64,000 nucleotides of DNA from Takakia lepidozioides (lineage: Eukaryota; Plantae; Bryophyta): contig CM060734.1 of the NCBI GenBank assembly GCA_030704615.1, positions 45,880,001 through 45,944,000 on the forward strand, read 5' to 3'. A model generated the notes under the pieces. That model saw nothing but the letters and a program-made list of their open reading frames with translations. It ran no database searches and was not told where the DNA came from. How positions within the stretch are numbered: the first letter of the stretch is position 1; each line of letters begins with the position of its first letter. The translations under genes were made by a program, and so were the position numbers. This document shows, in pieces, positions 37,177 to 52,300 of this stretch.

Positions 37177-38577
37177 CTAGAAGCATTCGTGTCTTTTCCG
37201 ATTCGACTGCATGTCCGCGACCACTCCGGGAACCACTTGGTAGTAAACGGGACTACTGGAGAGTCGAAACAGACAATGTGGGCCCACGGGGGCATTTCAG
37301 ACGGCGGACAGAAGTGGGGTCAACGACTCCGGAGTCGTAGCAGAATTCCGGGCTATTTTACGAATTGCGTAAATACATAAAATTTGAAAAAGCCAAAATT
37401 ACAAGTGGTTGTAATTACTGCACATGCGACTACAAATTTTCTTTCCTAATTCGATTAATGGAATAAAGATATTTATTCATTAAAGTGAATATGTAGTCGA
37501 CTCAACGACTCCATGAACCACTGCGCATTCATTGCACCCATGACTCAGCAGCACATTTGCTGACGTGGCTTTCACAAAAAGAGGTAAACAAAATGTGGCC
37601 TTGGGGGAATAGATATTTTAATACGTGCTGCCTCCACCTGGCAGAGACAAGGATGCAAGTGCTGCGTCGGACTTGGGGGGACGTGGGAATGGAAATCCTG
37701 ACACGGCAAGGCCTTCGTATACTCACTTACGTGTAGCAGATCGCAGACCCCCAAATGCCTGGAGAGAAAGCCAGACGGCAGTCAATGCATGCACGGTTGT
37801 TTTGCACTAGTTGGGACGGAGTGGGGTGCAGAGGAGGCGTGCTGTGCCCGAGTTCGCATGCCTAGCATCCTGCAGCCGGCGGCTTTTGCACGTTGGGCAG
37901 CAGTACCCTCTGCTGTATGATTACCATTTGTGGTACAGACTCACCGGCCTCCCCTGTCCACTTGGGTCTTGGGACAGTGACTTATGGAGTATGTAGACAG
38001 AATTGCATGTCGCACAGGTACACCAAAATCTCTCATTCGCAAATTCTCGGTGTGTAGGTGTGTGTGTGAGGACCTCAACCTGGCATGGTGCGATGGGTGT
38101 CGAATGGACCCTTCTCTGCGATGGGAGAACCACTACAGTTGAGTTTGTTTTTGCTGAATCATTTGGCAGAGCACTGTGTACACTTCTCACACATCATGCG
38201 CATTTTCTCCAAGAATGCATGTAAAGCGGAGCCATACACGGCATCATTGCAGTGTGTTTCCTTCGCCTAATTTTGAACGAAAAAAAGTTAACGGATCCAT
38301 GTCAGTTGTGTGAATCACTACATCTAGTTGTCTGGAGGATTGTAAGTGGTTTAGGGTTTAACGTCTCAAAGTGGAAAAGGCCATAGTGTCGGATGCACGA
38401 CACGTGTTCATATTTGAAATCAACAACGGCCGGATCTTCACTACAGATCGGGGGGGGTGTGTGATCACACTCCCCTCCTTGTCCTTCTTTCCTCCTTTGC
38501 ATGTCTTGGTCTTTCTCGCTCGTCTTTGTCTTGGTCATGGTCTATGTCCTCGCTCGTCTTCATCTTTGTCATGGTCT

Positions 38578-41500
38578 ATGTCCACGCCTAGTAAGAAGCG
38601 CTCGACCGCCGAGGCAGGATCACCTCCTCCCAATTCTGCACATTCCAGCCCCGCGGTACGAAGGAGCCCCCGCCTGGCTCGACTGAATCCGGTACAGATG
38701 GCGCCGGTGCGAGAGGGAAGGCAGAGCGGTGGGCGGTCTTCGAGTTCGGATTTTGACACAAGCGAGTATAGCATGGGCGACAACGATGAGGTGGAGGACA
38801 GTTCGGTGGAAATTGCACCTCCATCTGCAGAGTCTCTCCAAAAGGTGTGCAAACGGCACAAAACCGCTGCGCATGAGGTGAGTTCTATCCCTACTTGTGT
38901 TCATGTTTTCTGGGCGTTGAGTTCTCCTGAAACTGAAACTGGGATGCACATATCCACAAAGTTGTTCAAACGGATCTCGTAGTATACAGGGCAGTAGAAG
39001 AAGAAGTGTTCTTCAGTTTCAATTTCCTTGCTGCGCCCTATGCAAGCTGGACATAGGCGGTCCTCCCGTTGCAGGTTTTCCCATCTGCCAGTCTCTATCC
39101 GTAGGTTGTGGGAACCCACCCTGAACCGCCCCAATGGCCTCAAGAGGGAAGGAGGTAAGGGTGCTGAAAGGTAATTTGGTCTGAAGATTCTATCATCGTG
39201 GAGCACCAAGAATGTCTCTCGATAGAAGTGGAGCTTTGTTGTGAGATTGGGTAGCATCCAAGTTCTCTTGACATGTAATTCCATAAGCTCTCTCCGAATG
39301 AGTCTGTTGCGGTCATGTCAGGATGTGATGTCCACCTCATCTGGGTTCATTGGTAATAGGAAAGCAGTAGAAAGTCCGTTACGTTTCAATAAACTGTCCA
39401 CTCGAGCATACCAGGAGTTCCCGAAACCTGCAGCTTTGAGCCTCATAGATGTTGTGAGGGCCTTGCCACTAGCCCTTTGGGTGGAAGGGCCTGCAATCTA
39501 TGGAGAAAGATTGTAAGCCTGAATTGTGCCTCGGATTGCAATGGTACACATGCGAACTCTGCACCTAGGATCTGAGATGGAATTGTGCTCCTGGCGCCAA
39601 GCATTGCTTGGAGAAAAGATGACTGTAATGGTTCCAAATTCTTTTCCCACCAGGAGACAGGGACACCAGGTGCCCAGAACTCACAACCATTGATGGTAGC
39701 AGGGCTGACGACGGTGTCAAACAGCCACTTTTTGGTCGGGGGATGCCGCAGATGTATTTGCTTGCATTTGGCGTGAAGGCGGACGGAGGCCGCCTTACCT
39801 TTAGTCAATCTGTCCAAGGCAGTGGTTGCAAAGTGAAACTTGGGGGAGTGGATAACCAGACCTAGGTACCGGTATGATTTGACAATCTCAATTTCCTGCT
39901 AGTTGAAGATGAATCTACGATCAGCCTGGCCATTGAAGACCATGATCTTGGTCTTGCTAAGATTGACTTGCATCCCATAGTCTTTGCAGAACTGTTCCAA
40001 AATTTTGAGATGGCGTTGCAGAAAGACCGGGGATTGTGCCAAAAGGGCAACATCATGAGCGTAGAGGAGATCTGATTGGGCAGAAAATGAAGTTAGGCAG
40101 AAAACATCCCTGAACATGTTTTCAATTTGTGACATGGGGGAGGACATCGTGGAAAAACCTTCAGGTCTACCACTGTGTGCAGAGGGACTAGTTTTTAGGT
40201 CAAGGAAATGTTGCTTTGTCACGTCATTGCACCTGCGTTGGAGTACGCATTTGCTATATGCGTTGATAACTCCAATGAGGCTAGGTCTGCAATATCCTTT
40301 CAATTGAATTGTGTCTGCACCTGCGTTTACCAACATTGAGAGTCTTTAGGCCTTTTGGGGCTCCGTTGCTGGGCTCCGCCATACAGCCATTTGCTGATTG
40401 TGTGAATCGATGTCCACTGGATATGTGCAAAACCCGGATGGATGTTCTGTTTCCTGGTAAGTTTCATGTGGTACTGATGTGAACCCGCCCACATTCTGTT
40501 TCTTCACCAATGAATGGGCTTACATGTTATGAGGACATTCTGTCCCTCTCCTTTTCAGTTTTTGGCACTTGCGCTGCAGGGGAGTGGGTTTGAGGTCAGC
40601 CAATCCATAGTTGTGGTTGTGGGATGGTTTGTGCTCTGGTGACGTTGTGTTCAGTAGGACTACAGCTGATGCACCTTGTGTGTGGGATGTTTTGGCAGCG
40701 GAAGGGGAGTGAAGCTGCAGCAAAGCACTCACAGCCACTACACAATGCCAACCAACACCAACCTTGGCACCCACCCCCTGCCGGATGGTCTCCACAACAG
40801 AGTGCACCATGGGGAGCCCCCCCTGCTTCGGGGTCATGGCGCTGGCTTCCTGATGTTGCCACGTCACAATGGGGGCCTCCCACATCTCCATACGGCCCTC
40901 CCCCCTCCGGCACACATCAGTCACCCCCCACAACGTATGACGGCGCTGCTCCAGATCATGGGGGCAGGAAACGGACATCAGAGCTGAGGAAGGAACGACG
41001 CCATGCCATGAAACAATGGGAAGGAGATGGAGAGGGAAGGGTGGCTGCAGGGCTAAAGTGCCACAAGGTGGAGGTGCATGGAAATGGAGTCATCAATGCT
41101 GGCTGCGAAGGTATGGAACACTGGCAGCGTGATTTGCGTGGCCTGGCATTGCGTTACCTTGACTCAAGCGTACAAGACATTGACCAGCAGTCCCAGAGTG
41201 CCATGTCAACAGTAATAGAGGGCATAAATGGAATGTACGAGTACACACCTATCCCTGCCAATCGTGATTTTATAGTGAAGCAATGTGGGAAGATAATGAA
41301 AGGAGAAAGAGCAAAACTGAAAGATAAATGGACGAAGACTGGTGTGAGGCCAATGAATACTGAACCCGCCTATTGGGATAAGCTTGTTGCCTACTGGGAG
41401 TCCCCTCGTGGACTTGCAAAGGCTGAAGGGATGAAGCAAGCGCGTGCTTGTGTCACGAACCCCTCGCGTTGGGGCCGGGCAGGAGTTGCAGGCCAAGCAG

Positions 41501-43144
41501 CCCGTTTGGTAATCTCCCTCACCCCCTTCTCATTGCTCTTACGTTGTGGCATGTTCTGATGGAAGAGACACCCACGAGTGGGTTTTATTGCTTGTGCAGA
41601 ATTAGTTGTTATGTGATATGCAGGGCAGTGCTTTGTCCATATGCTCCTGGCATTTTGTACTGACAGTGTGTGGATGGGCAAATACAGAAAAGACGCAAAG
41701 CGCGGAGCCCGTCACTGTCCAAGCTCGGGGCGGAGTGCAAGAACGCTGCGACTGGCACCCCATCAGAGTCTGTTTTGAGCCAGGTATGTTTTGAAGTCCG
41801 GTTTCCATTCATGAATCTGTTGTTGTACTAAGATTTGGTGGGTATGTGGGGCCCCCACGCATGGTACAGGAGGGGTGTTATGCCAAACCCAGCCATCTCC
41901 GAATGCCTGAAATCCTGCACATTCGGCCTCTTCTTCTGGTTTTTAACAGTACGGGTGGGTGTTTGTATGCGTAGGGAGCGGAGAACTCAATGGCAGCCCG
42001 CATCGGGGCCCTGGAGAGGCTTGCGGCTCTCTCTGCGGAGCGGGAGAGGGGAATGGAAGCACAACTGAAGAAGATAGTGGAACTCATGATGGGGCAAAAA
42101 GGGGGTGTAACGGGTGGCATTATGGAAGACCCCCCTGCTGCGACCATTGTACCTGACAAGGAGGAAGTAATTGTAGTGGGTAGGGATGTGATAGAGGTCC
42201 GGGCTGTTGTTGATGATATTCACAGTGGGGGGCAGGGTCCACTCGTTGAAGAGGGAGAGGTCCAGCAAGTTGGTGGGGATGACATGGACGATGGGGGGGT
42301 CATTGCTCATGATGGGGGAAAAGGGGAAGCTGTAGGGGGAGAGGGTGGTAGTTTGCTTGGTCCAGGCTGCAGGGGGACCGAAACTTTGTCCTCCGGGGTG
42401 ACTGTTGTCTCCCAACCCACTGAGGTGAGACCCCGTGACACCCCTTCAAAAGCTCCTTTCATAGAAAAGTCGAAACTAATTGTTCTAGACCTGAACGGGA
42501 TCTTGTGCCACTCTATTCCTAACTTTCAGCCCAACCTGAGGCGTCATTGGCCATGGGTGTTGACCACCAACAAGTATGTTTTCCCAAGGCCGCAGGTCTG
42601 TGAGTTTTTAAACCTTCTCTTCCGGTATTTCTACGTTGGGATATGGTCCTGTGCTTCCAAGGGGAATGTTGCAGACATCTTCAAAGTGGTGATGCAGGGG
42701 GTCAAGGGTTCTCCCCTCTTTGTGTGGTCACAAGAGGAGTGTGACCCCTTGACAGAGCCACACCCCACAAAAGGGCCTGCCGTACAGAACTTACAGAAGA
42801 GACTGTCGAGGGTGTGGTCGGAATTTTCTGGATTTAACGAATCCAACACCCTCCTAGTGGATGATTCACCACACAAGGGGAGGGGGAACTCCCCTTTGAA
42901 CATGGTCCATCCATTGTCATTTGATGTCACTGGCAATGTCAGTGAGGGGCCCGATTCAGACTACCTTTTAGAAACAGTCTGGCCCTACTGCCAAGATTTG
43001 TTTTGCTCCAAGGATGTGCGTGTCTTCACAAGCACGCGGAAGCTGACCCCGACTGGCAGCTTGAATGTGGGAGAGGATGGGGTCGTTGGGGGAAGTACTT
43101 CTGCGCCCATGCAGGTGAAACTAACCTTACTGTTTGCAACATGA
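38578..43144 (+). CDS. CACTA-borne spliced gene: TnpA/Transposase_24-like domain, coiled coil and FCP1/NIF-type HAD phosphatase domain
   Basis: Exon 38578-38877 (MSTPSKKR, donor GAG|GTGAGT). 40624-41507 has YWDKLVAYWESPRGLAKAEGMKQARACVTNPSRWGRAG. 42470-43030 has KLIVLDLNGIL, RPQVCEFL, VGIWSCAS, LFVWSQEEC, NTLLVDDSPHK. Exon joining is inferred and the 3' end is uncertain. Confidence 0.7.
38960..40110 (-). mobile_element. 5'-truncated LINE fragment (RT C-terminus and C-terminal zinc finger) in an intron of the CACTA gene
   Basis: LLYAHDVALLA (YADD box), FCKDYGMQVNLSKTKIMVF, YRYLG, RFRVGSHNLRIETGRW, RLCPAC...ETEEHFFFYCPVY; frameshifted. Confidence 0.85.
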
Positions 43145-44668
43145 CATCGAAGCCAAAGTCCATGTTTGTTTTGTTCCCCCCGGATGCCCTCTCACGCAAG
43201 GCTGGCACTATATGTTTTGCAGGGACCACATGTACAGGGAGTGGCAGTGGGGTCGAATGTGAAGAAGGTGGGTCCTGCGCCTAGGACCATAGTGCTACGG
43301 CGGCAGCATTCCGGATTTCCTCCCCGGCAAGAGGAGGCAGCGCCCAAGGTATGGTTGTTCCCAGCCCCTCTCCGCAAACTTACTTGGTTGGTTTCCTTTA
43401 TGGATACACTTCCTGAAGCGTTGCAATGTGTATTCATTGCAGGTGAGCAAGAGGAGTGGGCTGTCCCCGGCACCATCATCACAGCAGGACGTGGTTCCCC
43501 AGGCATGCATTCATGGCTCCTTGCTTTGCCTGGCTGGTTTTTAGTAGGGTTATTTTTGCCAGGAAGTTGTAGTGTGCAGGGTCTGAGCAGGGTGTTTGTT
43601 AGCTTGCTCCGTGGAGGTGTGTTTATATCATTGCAACCACCAGAGTTCATGTTATTCTTATTCGTCTGACTAAACCTCTTTTTGCTGCTGTAGTTGAAGA
43701 CACGTGGGCAGCTTTCCTCAGTTGCCACCCTCAGTGACGAGCTTCGCTTCAAGGTACGTTGGTGCACCGTGAATTTGCTGCTGATTCAGTATTGTGGCAA
43801 CCAATATCGTTTTTGGTTCATTAGCGTGATGTTGTGCATGCATCGTGGTCTGTGTTCTGAGTCTCGCCTACTATCATTGCTTCTCAATTCCCCCTACATA
43901 TGGGTGAACCACTAAAACCAGTAGAATGCATCATAACCATATTTTCAGCTAGAATGCAGGTCAGTTGGAAACTCACACAAACCACTACAAGTGCTCATTT
44001 TTCGTGCTTTCCTACTATAGTGCAACCAACTAGCACAGTGGCAGCGGAGTTGGCCAAAGCAGTCCCGAGATGGCACAAGCACTCTGCGTCTTTCCACTAG
44101 CAGTCGTACCCGTCACTGCCATTGCGTGGGGATGACGCCACGCGTCAACCCACATACTCTCCACGTGGTCCCCGTGGATTCGTCTGCCGGAAGTTGTGCA
44201 GTCGACTTCGCCAGTGGCTGTTGCGACGTCACATGCAGCACTCCAAGTGATATGGCCGACTTCGATGTGGCGTCTTGGGCCCGTGGCCACGCGGCAGCAT
44301 TGCCGCTCGTCGCGGCGCCGCCACATCGGCATCCACGTCCGCATCCATGTCTGCGTCCATGTGTCACCGCGCCCCGGGTGAGTCAGTTCACTCATCCGGA
44401 GGGAAAAGTCAAAGTCAGCCCAAAAGGTCAGACACACGGGCGGCCCGCCTGGTTACGCCACGTGGTTCTTCAGCATTAATTCCATTAATCGCTGAGCAGT
44501 TGTTCGCGCGTCTGCGTCCTTTACCACTCCAATCATTGGATGTCCAACCCAACTACCACGTCTGTTGTAACTAGTCTGTTGTAACTTCCAGTCGATCCCA
44601 GTTTTTTGACTTTTACGACTCAAAATGAGTTGTTACCCCAGTGGTAAATGACACGAATGCTTCTAGTG

Positions 44669-45733
44669 ACAGTGCCAACTATGCCATCGATGGCACCCGC
44701 TCGCCCAAGTGTGTCAGAGGTGAGCCACGAGTTCCATTAGGGAGAGTTGGTATGGCTTGGGATGCCAGTGGGTGGTACTGCAAAGCAAGGTGCAGCCAGT
44801 ACATTGTTGGGGGCGGCTACGGCAATTTACCAAGCTCCATTGTTTTTTGCCACGACAATTGCAATGCCGGGGATGCGGTCAACTGCAGTGTTTAGACTGG
44901 CAGCTGCACTTTGTGAGAGTGGTGATGCATCGGCGCTATCTGTGGGGATAGTGGATCAGGTGCAGTGCATGGATGCCCTGGATTCAAGGGTGAAGACAGC
45001 CACAGCTGCGCCATGGCAAGCGGCAGCTACAAGGTTGCAAGAGTTGCCAGCTAGACCAGCCATTAAGCGTAGTATGGTGACTCCTGGGGTAGTCCTGGTG
45101 GAAAATCAGGATGGTGTGTTTCAGTTGGGTGGCCCAGCCGGGAGGAGGTATAGGCCACTGCGGGTCTTGTTGGACTCGGGAGCACAGCCATTGATGTTGG
45201 GGAGAGGCTTGGGCCTTACAGAGGCGGATTTGGAGCCTTGCCCTTTCCAAATTCAAACATCTTTGGGCGGTTCAGAGAAAGCACGAGGGATTACACGCCA
45301 TGAGCTCTTTATTCGATTGCAACCAAATCATCCTACAGATGGCTTTGTCATGAGAGCTAAAGCCATTGTTACGGACGCAATGTCTTATGATGTGCTTGTT
45401 GGTGGGGCTGTGTTATACCCGATGGGCTTTACTTTGGACTTTTGGGAGGAAACGACATCCTATAGGCCGGAATGGCAGTCCGGGGATGGTCGACGTGCAC
45501 TGCTTCCAGTGCGGTTTATTGGGAATATAGCGGTGGATCATAGGAACATGATGCCCACATTGGCTGCATTCTCAGGGGTGGTGGCTTGGGGTGGTGAGCT
45601 CTTGGAGGGCAATAACCATGTAGATGATAGGCCACCACCTGATGAGGATAAACAATTGGCATACAAGGCTGATTTGCTTCCTCATGTGCCTGTTCATATT
45701 CCACTGTGGGGTACAGTTGGGAATTTGCATTGA
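44669..45733 (+). pseudogene. Retropepsin-type aspartic protease region of the polyprotein
   Basis: VLLDSGAQ (Asp codon at 45173) and YDVLVG flap-distal motif; in frame with gag once the CACTA is removed. Confidence 0.85.
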
Positions 45734-45869
45734 ATAGCAGGCGAGTGTGTGCACCAAGCATGGCAGGAGGCCTATCCATTGGTGAGTGAGGGGAGTTCAG
45801 TGACATCACCTGGACCTCCTCAGTTAGCTCCTTTGGACACAGTGTCCATTACTTGACAACCACCTGACT

Positions 45870-46830
45870 CAGGGATTTGTTTGCTAGACCTGTTTGGAGG
45901 CATGAGCACTGGACTTGCAGGAGTGTGGCAAGCTGGGATTAAAGTACAAAAGTACTTGTATGTGGAGAAGGATGAGATAGCTCGGCGTATTTCTATGCGC
46001 CACGTTGCCTTGTTCATACACCAGTACCCTGAGTTGCTGCCTCTCTCAGCAATTCAAGGGTGCCAAAAGGCTTTGCTAGCAGACATTATCATGCTGGGGG
46101 CGGATGATTTGGACCGGCATGGTGCCATTGACTTGGTGATAGCTGGATGGCCTTGCCAATGACACTCTCCCGCACGTCATGGGAATGGCTTGCATGATGC
46201 ACGATCGTATTTGTTTTGGGAGATGTTGAGAGTGTTGCGTGACTTGCAGACGAGGCAAGTGCAACCTCTAGCCTATATCTTGGAGAATGTTCATCTTATG
46301 GGGGACTCTCGGGCCAGGGTTATGGCCAGTGTGCATCAGGTGCGGTCTTGGATTGGATTGGCGGTGCTATTAGATGCAGCAACGGTGGGATCACGCGCGC
46401 ATCGACCTCGATTGTGGTGGACCAATCTTGCACCACCAGAGCTGCTCAAGAGAGCATATGGTTCCATTCAACGGCCACCCAATCTCACGATTGACGGCAT
46501 TTTGGACTAAGGGAAGCAACCACAGAGGGTGCAACATGATGACCGTCCACCTCTAGCAGTGGTCAATCGAGTGGGGCAGCCACGTACAGCCTTGCCTACG
46601 CTCATGAGCTTTCCCTCGTCTCATGCTTTTCGAGACGATGGTCCTAGGTTGATTTGGGACAGTGTGCTACAGCGATTGGTGGAGTCCAATGCGGATGAGC
46701 GCAAGTGGGCAATGGGGTTTGCCACGGGCACTACAGCTGTGCCAGCTCTGTCAGAGGCATCACGACGCCAGGTGTTGGGTCAGGCAATGGATCTCAATTG
46801 CTTGACATGGGTCATTGGCTTGTGCATGGC
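45870..46830 (+). pseudogene. C5-cytosine DNA methyltransferase domain inside the retroelement polyprotein
   Basis: Motif I LLDLFGGMSTG, II YLYVEKD, IV DLVIAGWPCQ (catalytic Cys 46154-46156), VI YILENV, VIII AHRPRLWW, X RQVLGQAM. In-frame stops at 46160 and 46508. Confidence 0.92.
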
Positions 46831-47129
46831 TGAACAACGGAGATTGCAAGCATTGGTGGCTACTTCTGCACTTCTATTAGATATTGCACCATCTCTGCCA
46901 ACCGGGACGGTGGAGGCAGTGAGTGGAGGCGAGCACATGATCATGGGGTGCAAACACCCATGACAAATGTGGGATGAGATGCGGAAAGAGAGAGTCATTG
47001 GATCTCTCAAGCAGCAATATGAGGAGTGGGGAGAGCCATACACTGAGGATCAGTTAGAGGCCAAGCTGGTCCATCCCATAACATTGGTCAAGTAGATGGT
47101 GTGCATGACGATCCGGAGATCAGTGAGGA

Positions 47130-48576
<1,447 letters not shown>

Positions 48577-48820
48577 TGGGCATGACAATGGTGAGGCGGA
48601 CAAGTGATCCAAGGTCTAGCTAGTGGGGCTTCAATGCCATAGATACTCAACTGAAGATCATGGATTGCATGAAGGCGACTAACGATGGGGCTACGTTTGC
48701 ACCCGGCCTCTTGATCTATTGACTTCAAGTGTTGGGACTTGTGCAATTGAAGACCAAGCGATGATCTTATTGAGATGGATACTTGTCAGCTATCCGGTGT
48801 TAGAGGGACCTAAACACCAG

Positions 48821-48833
48821 CTAAGGGGGCGAT
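48821..48833 (+). promoter_or_regulatory. Polypurine tract
   Basis: CTAAGGGGGCGAT lies immediately before the TG start of repeat B1. Confidence 0.65.
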
Positions 48834-49371
48834 TGTGGCATAACTTTCTAGGATTGTGTGCTTAGAATGTATGGTGGACAACGATGTATGTTGTGGCACG
48901 ATGCTTAGGTGCACGACAACTGTCATGGTTTTAGTCATGGTTAACTAGAATTACCTACTTCTAGTTAACTAGGATATTTTGGATATTCATATTTGTATTT
49001 TGTGTGTTGGGACTTCATTTGGTCTCACATGCCAAGTGAGGTGTCAAACCTCATTTGGGACATGGGGATGGGTTTTCCCCTTGTGAGTGTTGAGGAGGGC
49101 TCATCTTCTTGTAGTTGAGCCTCCATGAGTCTCTCCCACCTCCATAGCTCTAGGTATTGAGAAGGAGTGAGGTGAGGGCTTTGTAGGGTGGATTCTTTTA
49201 GCAAAGGTGCCATTGGCTTGACTTAGTTTATGTGATTGAGTGGATTCATGAGTGGAGTGTTTCCCTTGTGTTCACTTTCATTATCATTGTGGCATAGCTT
49301 TCTAGGATTGTGTGCTTAGAATGTATGGTGGACAGCGATGTATGTTGTGGACGATGCTTAGGTGCACGATA
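48834..49371 (+). repeat. 3' terminal repeat block B1-A2-B2
   Basis: B1 48834-48918, AC spacer, A2 48921-49286, T spacer, B2 49288-49371. B1 and B2 differ by about 3 substitutions and 1 indel. Confidence 0.93.
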
Positions 49372-52300
49372 AGCTGGAAGACAAAATCAAATACGTTTTG
49401 GCTGTTTTTTCCCACTGTTTTGAGTTTTTGCTTACACTTTGCTCGACTGCCCTTTTTTATATTCATTGTCGTTCATCCTATCTCTTAGCCAAATTGGCCG
49501 AACTCACCCCGCATCCCCTCGACTTAACAGATAATTTTATTAAGTGTTTTTTTTTTTTTTTTTTTTGGTGTTTTTTACCTAAAGGTAGCGGCATCCCAAA
49601 TTGCATTGCAGGAGGTGGAAAAGATAACCACTAGACAACTGTGAAGGCTTACAAAGGGGGGAATCACCCCGTAACCATAGCCAAAAAGCATGAAAAGAGC
49701 CACGTATCCGCAACTGTCCAGAAATGAGAAAAACAGACCCATCAATGGGCGGGACTGGAGCCTGTGAGAGCCAGCTAGGGTCTAGCATATTGGCATACAA
49801 ACCAAAACTAAGGATAAATAAGTCAGTGTAAGGTTTTGGGAGCAGCAAAAAAGGCAGATACAAAGATTAAAATTTCAGCTTAGCTTTAAACTTGGGATCT
49901 CGTGCTCGCCTATGTCGCCAGTCTACGTATGTTGCCATTTGTAGTTTCATTCTTCACCTTCACCAGGGGTCTTGATATTGCGCGGGGACGGAGTGAATTT
50001 GTAAGTTGAATCCATAAATCCATGCATGACAATGGTGGATGGTGGGACAAACTTGCCCCATATCTACTCTCCTCTCCCTTATCCATCAAGATCTCCTAGT
50101 TGAATCAAGGAAAGCGTGGATCAAACTTTGTGCAAACATCGAAAGATCTCCACGCAATGTAGGTCAGCTCCATGCTACCTTTACGACAACCTGGGCCTAT
50201 CAAGGAGTCATATGCCACGACTCTTCGATAGATCATTGCGTCTAGAACAAATAACCCCCCAATAGATAGCTGAGAGACCTCCGTGGTACCATCCACCGCC
50301 TTGCCGGAATTCGACCATGTCATTAACTGAAAGCACGTCAAGCAAAACTCCAAAGCATCCAGACTCTACTTCTGTTAATAAGTGCCTTCGCTGCAGTATC
50401 AGTCTATAAGCTATGCTGCCACTATTTGTCTGTACTTTCTTTGTTGGCTCTAGTGGCCTCCATTGGCCCAATTCTTTTATAAGACTTCGAGCCTTGATAG
50501 TTCGACTATTACTCATCCTCCATCGAGGAGTCTTGTTCGCTTTTCATTGACTACCATTCAACACAAAGGCGGCCTCTATGCAGGCATTGTCACCCACAAT
50601 GTCGACAACCCTGCAGGTTAGTGAAGGCATAGGATGCATGCAATAAGGCCAGCTGCATGCAGGGAACGCAAACTAAGGACTTCTGAATCTAGATGCCAAG
50701 AATCCCCTCTCAAACCAGAAGCGCCCATCAAACATGACCACCTTGAAAATGCCCACTACCAGAGCGATCCCAATTTTATTTTTTAGTAATAAAATCGGGA
50801 CCGCCAGCTACGGGACCGCCACCGCCATAGCTGGCAGTCCCGAATTTTAATTTTTTTTGTTCATGATGTAGATTCTGAGCGCCAGTAGTGACGATCATGT
50901 GTTTTTTTTTTTGTTTTTTCTGAATTGGACAAATTTTGGACCGCCAGCTCTACTGGTCCCCATTCCTCGAATGCATGTCCTAAAATCCTTAGCAGAATTA
51001 TAATTTAATTAACATAATCTTTTTTAGTTCACCCACATAGATTAAATATCTGAATTATGCATAATGTTGTAGTAAGTTGAAGATTAGAAGCAATTGTAAT
51101 ACCAAAATTTGGGGGTTACTGCACTACACATGGAGCTGGCTGCATCCAGGTCGAATATCAGATTGCTGCACCAGCCAAAAGCAGTCACCTGCACATCAGG
51201 AAGACACCCACATGGGACTCTCTACAACAGATACCCGATGTTATACTAGGACTTGTCAAGCGACTCACTACTCTAAAGTATTTAATAAAACCTCTTCAAG
51301 CTCAACGATAGCATTTACGTTGGAGCGGAATTGGAAGTTTGACAACTGGGGCAATACCGTACTTACTTAGCTTATTAGACAATTCAATGCCTAATAATTG
51401 ATAAAAATAAAAATAAAAAAAATAATTAGGAGATTCAATTTTGTTATTTAGGCACCTTACCTAGGTAATTTCCAAACATTAGGTAGTATTATAGTCGACC
51501 TTGGATGTCACCCTTAATGTTATGAAATCTTTGCTATGTAAAAATTTACACTTGAAAATGGCATGACCAGAGCGTTATTTGATATGTGTTATGAAAATAT
51601 GGCTTTCCTCTTTGTTAGCACACCTCCATAGTTGTTAGATCTTATGCTGAGCCTTAATATAGTTGGTTTGAGAAATCATTTATCCAGTCTTATCAAGGAT
51701 CTAGTTCTTATCCAAAGGCACCACATCCATAACAAAATAACATAATGAACAATTATTTTTGACCTCCCTCAAAATTCATTGTTGAGGTAATTTTCTTTCA
51801 AAAAATATAATGGTTTTGAAAATAGATGTTACATCAACAATTGTTTTTTACCTCCCTCAAAAACTATTGCTGAGGTAATTCTTTAAGAAAAAACATAATG
51901 TTTGATATGTGATAAAAGAATGGGTGCAGTGAAGGCTGTATATCCTAAACCCTAAAGCTTTCCAACTGTTTTTTTTTTTTACCTGCTTTATTGTTTTTTT
52001 TTTCAAATGTTATGTTTTGGATTTTGACCTCTATTTCTGTTATCTGATATATCTACATAAATGTTATAATTTTTCTGCTTCTATAGGCATCCAGGTCAAC
52101 TGTAGATAAGGTAGGTGATATTGAAGAGTCTTAGTGTCTTACCTATACCTACATGTAGTGTGAATGCAGGGGAGTAACAGTGAAATTTTTGTTTGGCATC
52201 AGGATTCGGCATTACTGCAAAGGGAGTGCCCTGGTACTAATAACGAGAGGGAACTATCCATGCCTACAGGTAATTCCATGGGCACACTATGCTATTGCTC

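Larger units (their letters stand above)
37175..44668 (+). mobile_element. Non-autonomous CACTA (En/Spm) DNA transposon nested in the gag-pol frame
   Basis: 19-bp TIR CACTAGAAGCATTCGTGTC / GACACGAATGCTTCTAGTG, subterminal ACGACTC/GAGTCG repeats, 3-bp TSD ACA (left copy overlaps the TIR). Removing it restores the host frame. No TnpD transposase seen. Confidence 0.92.
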
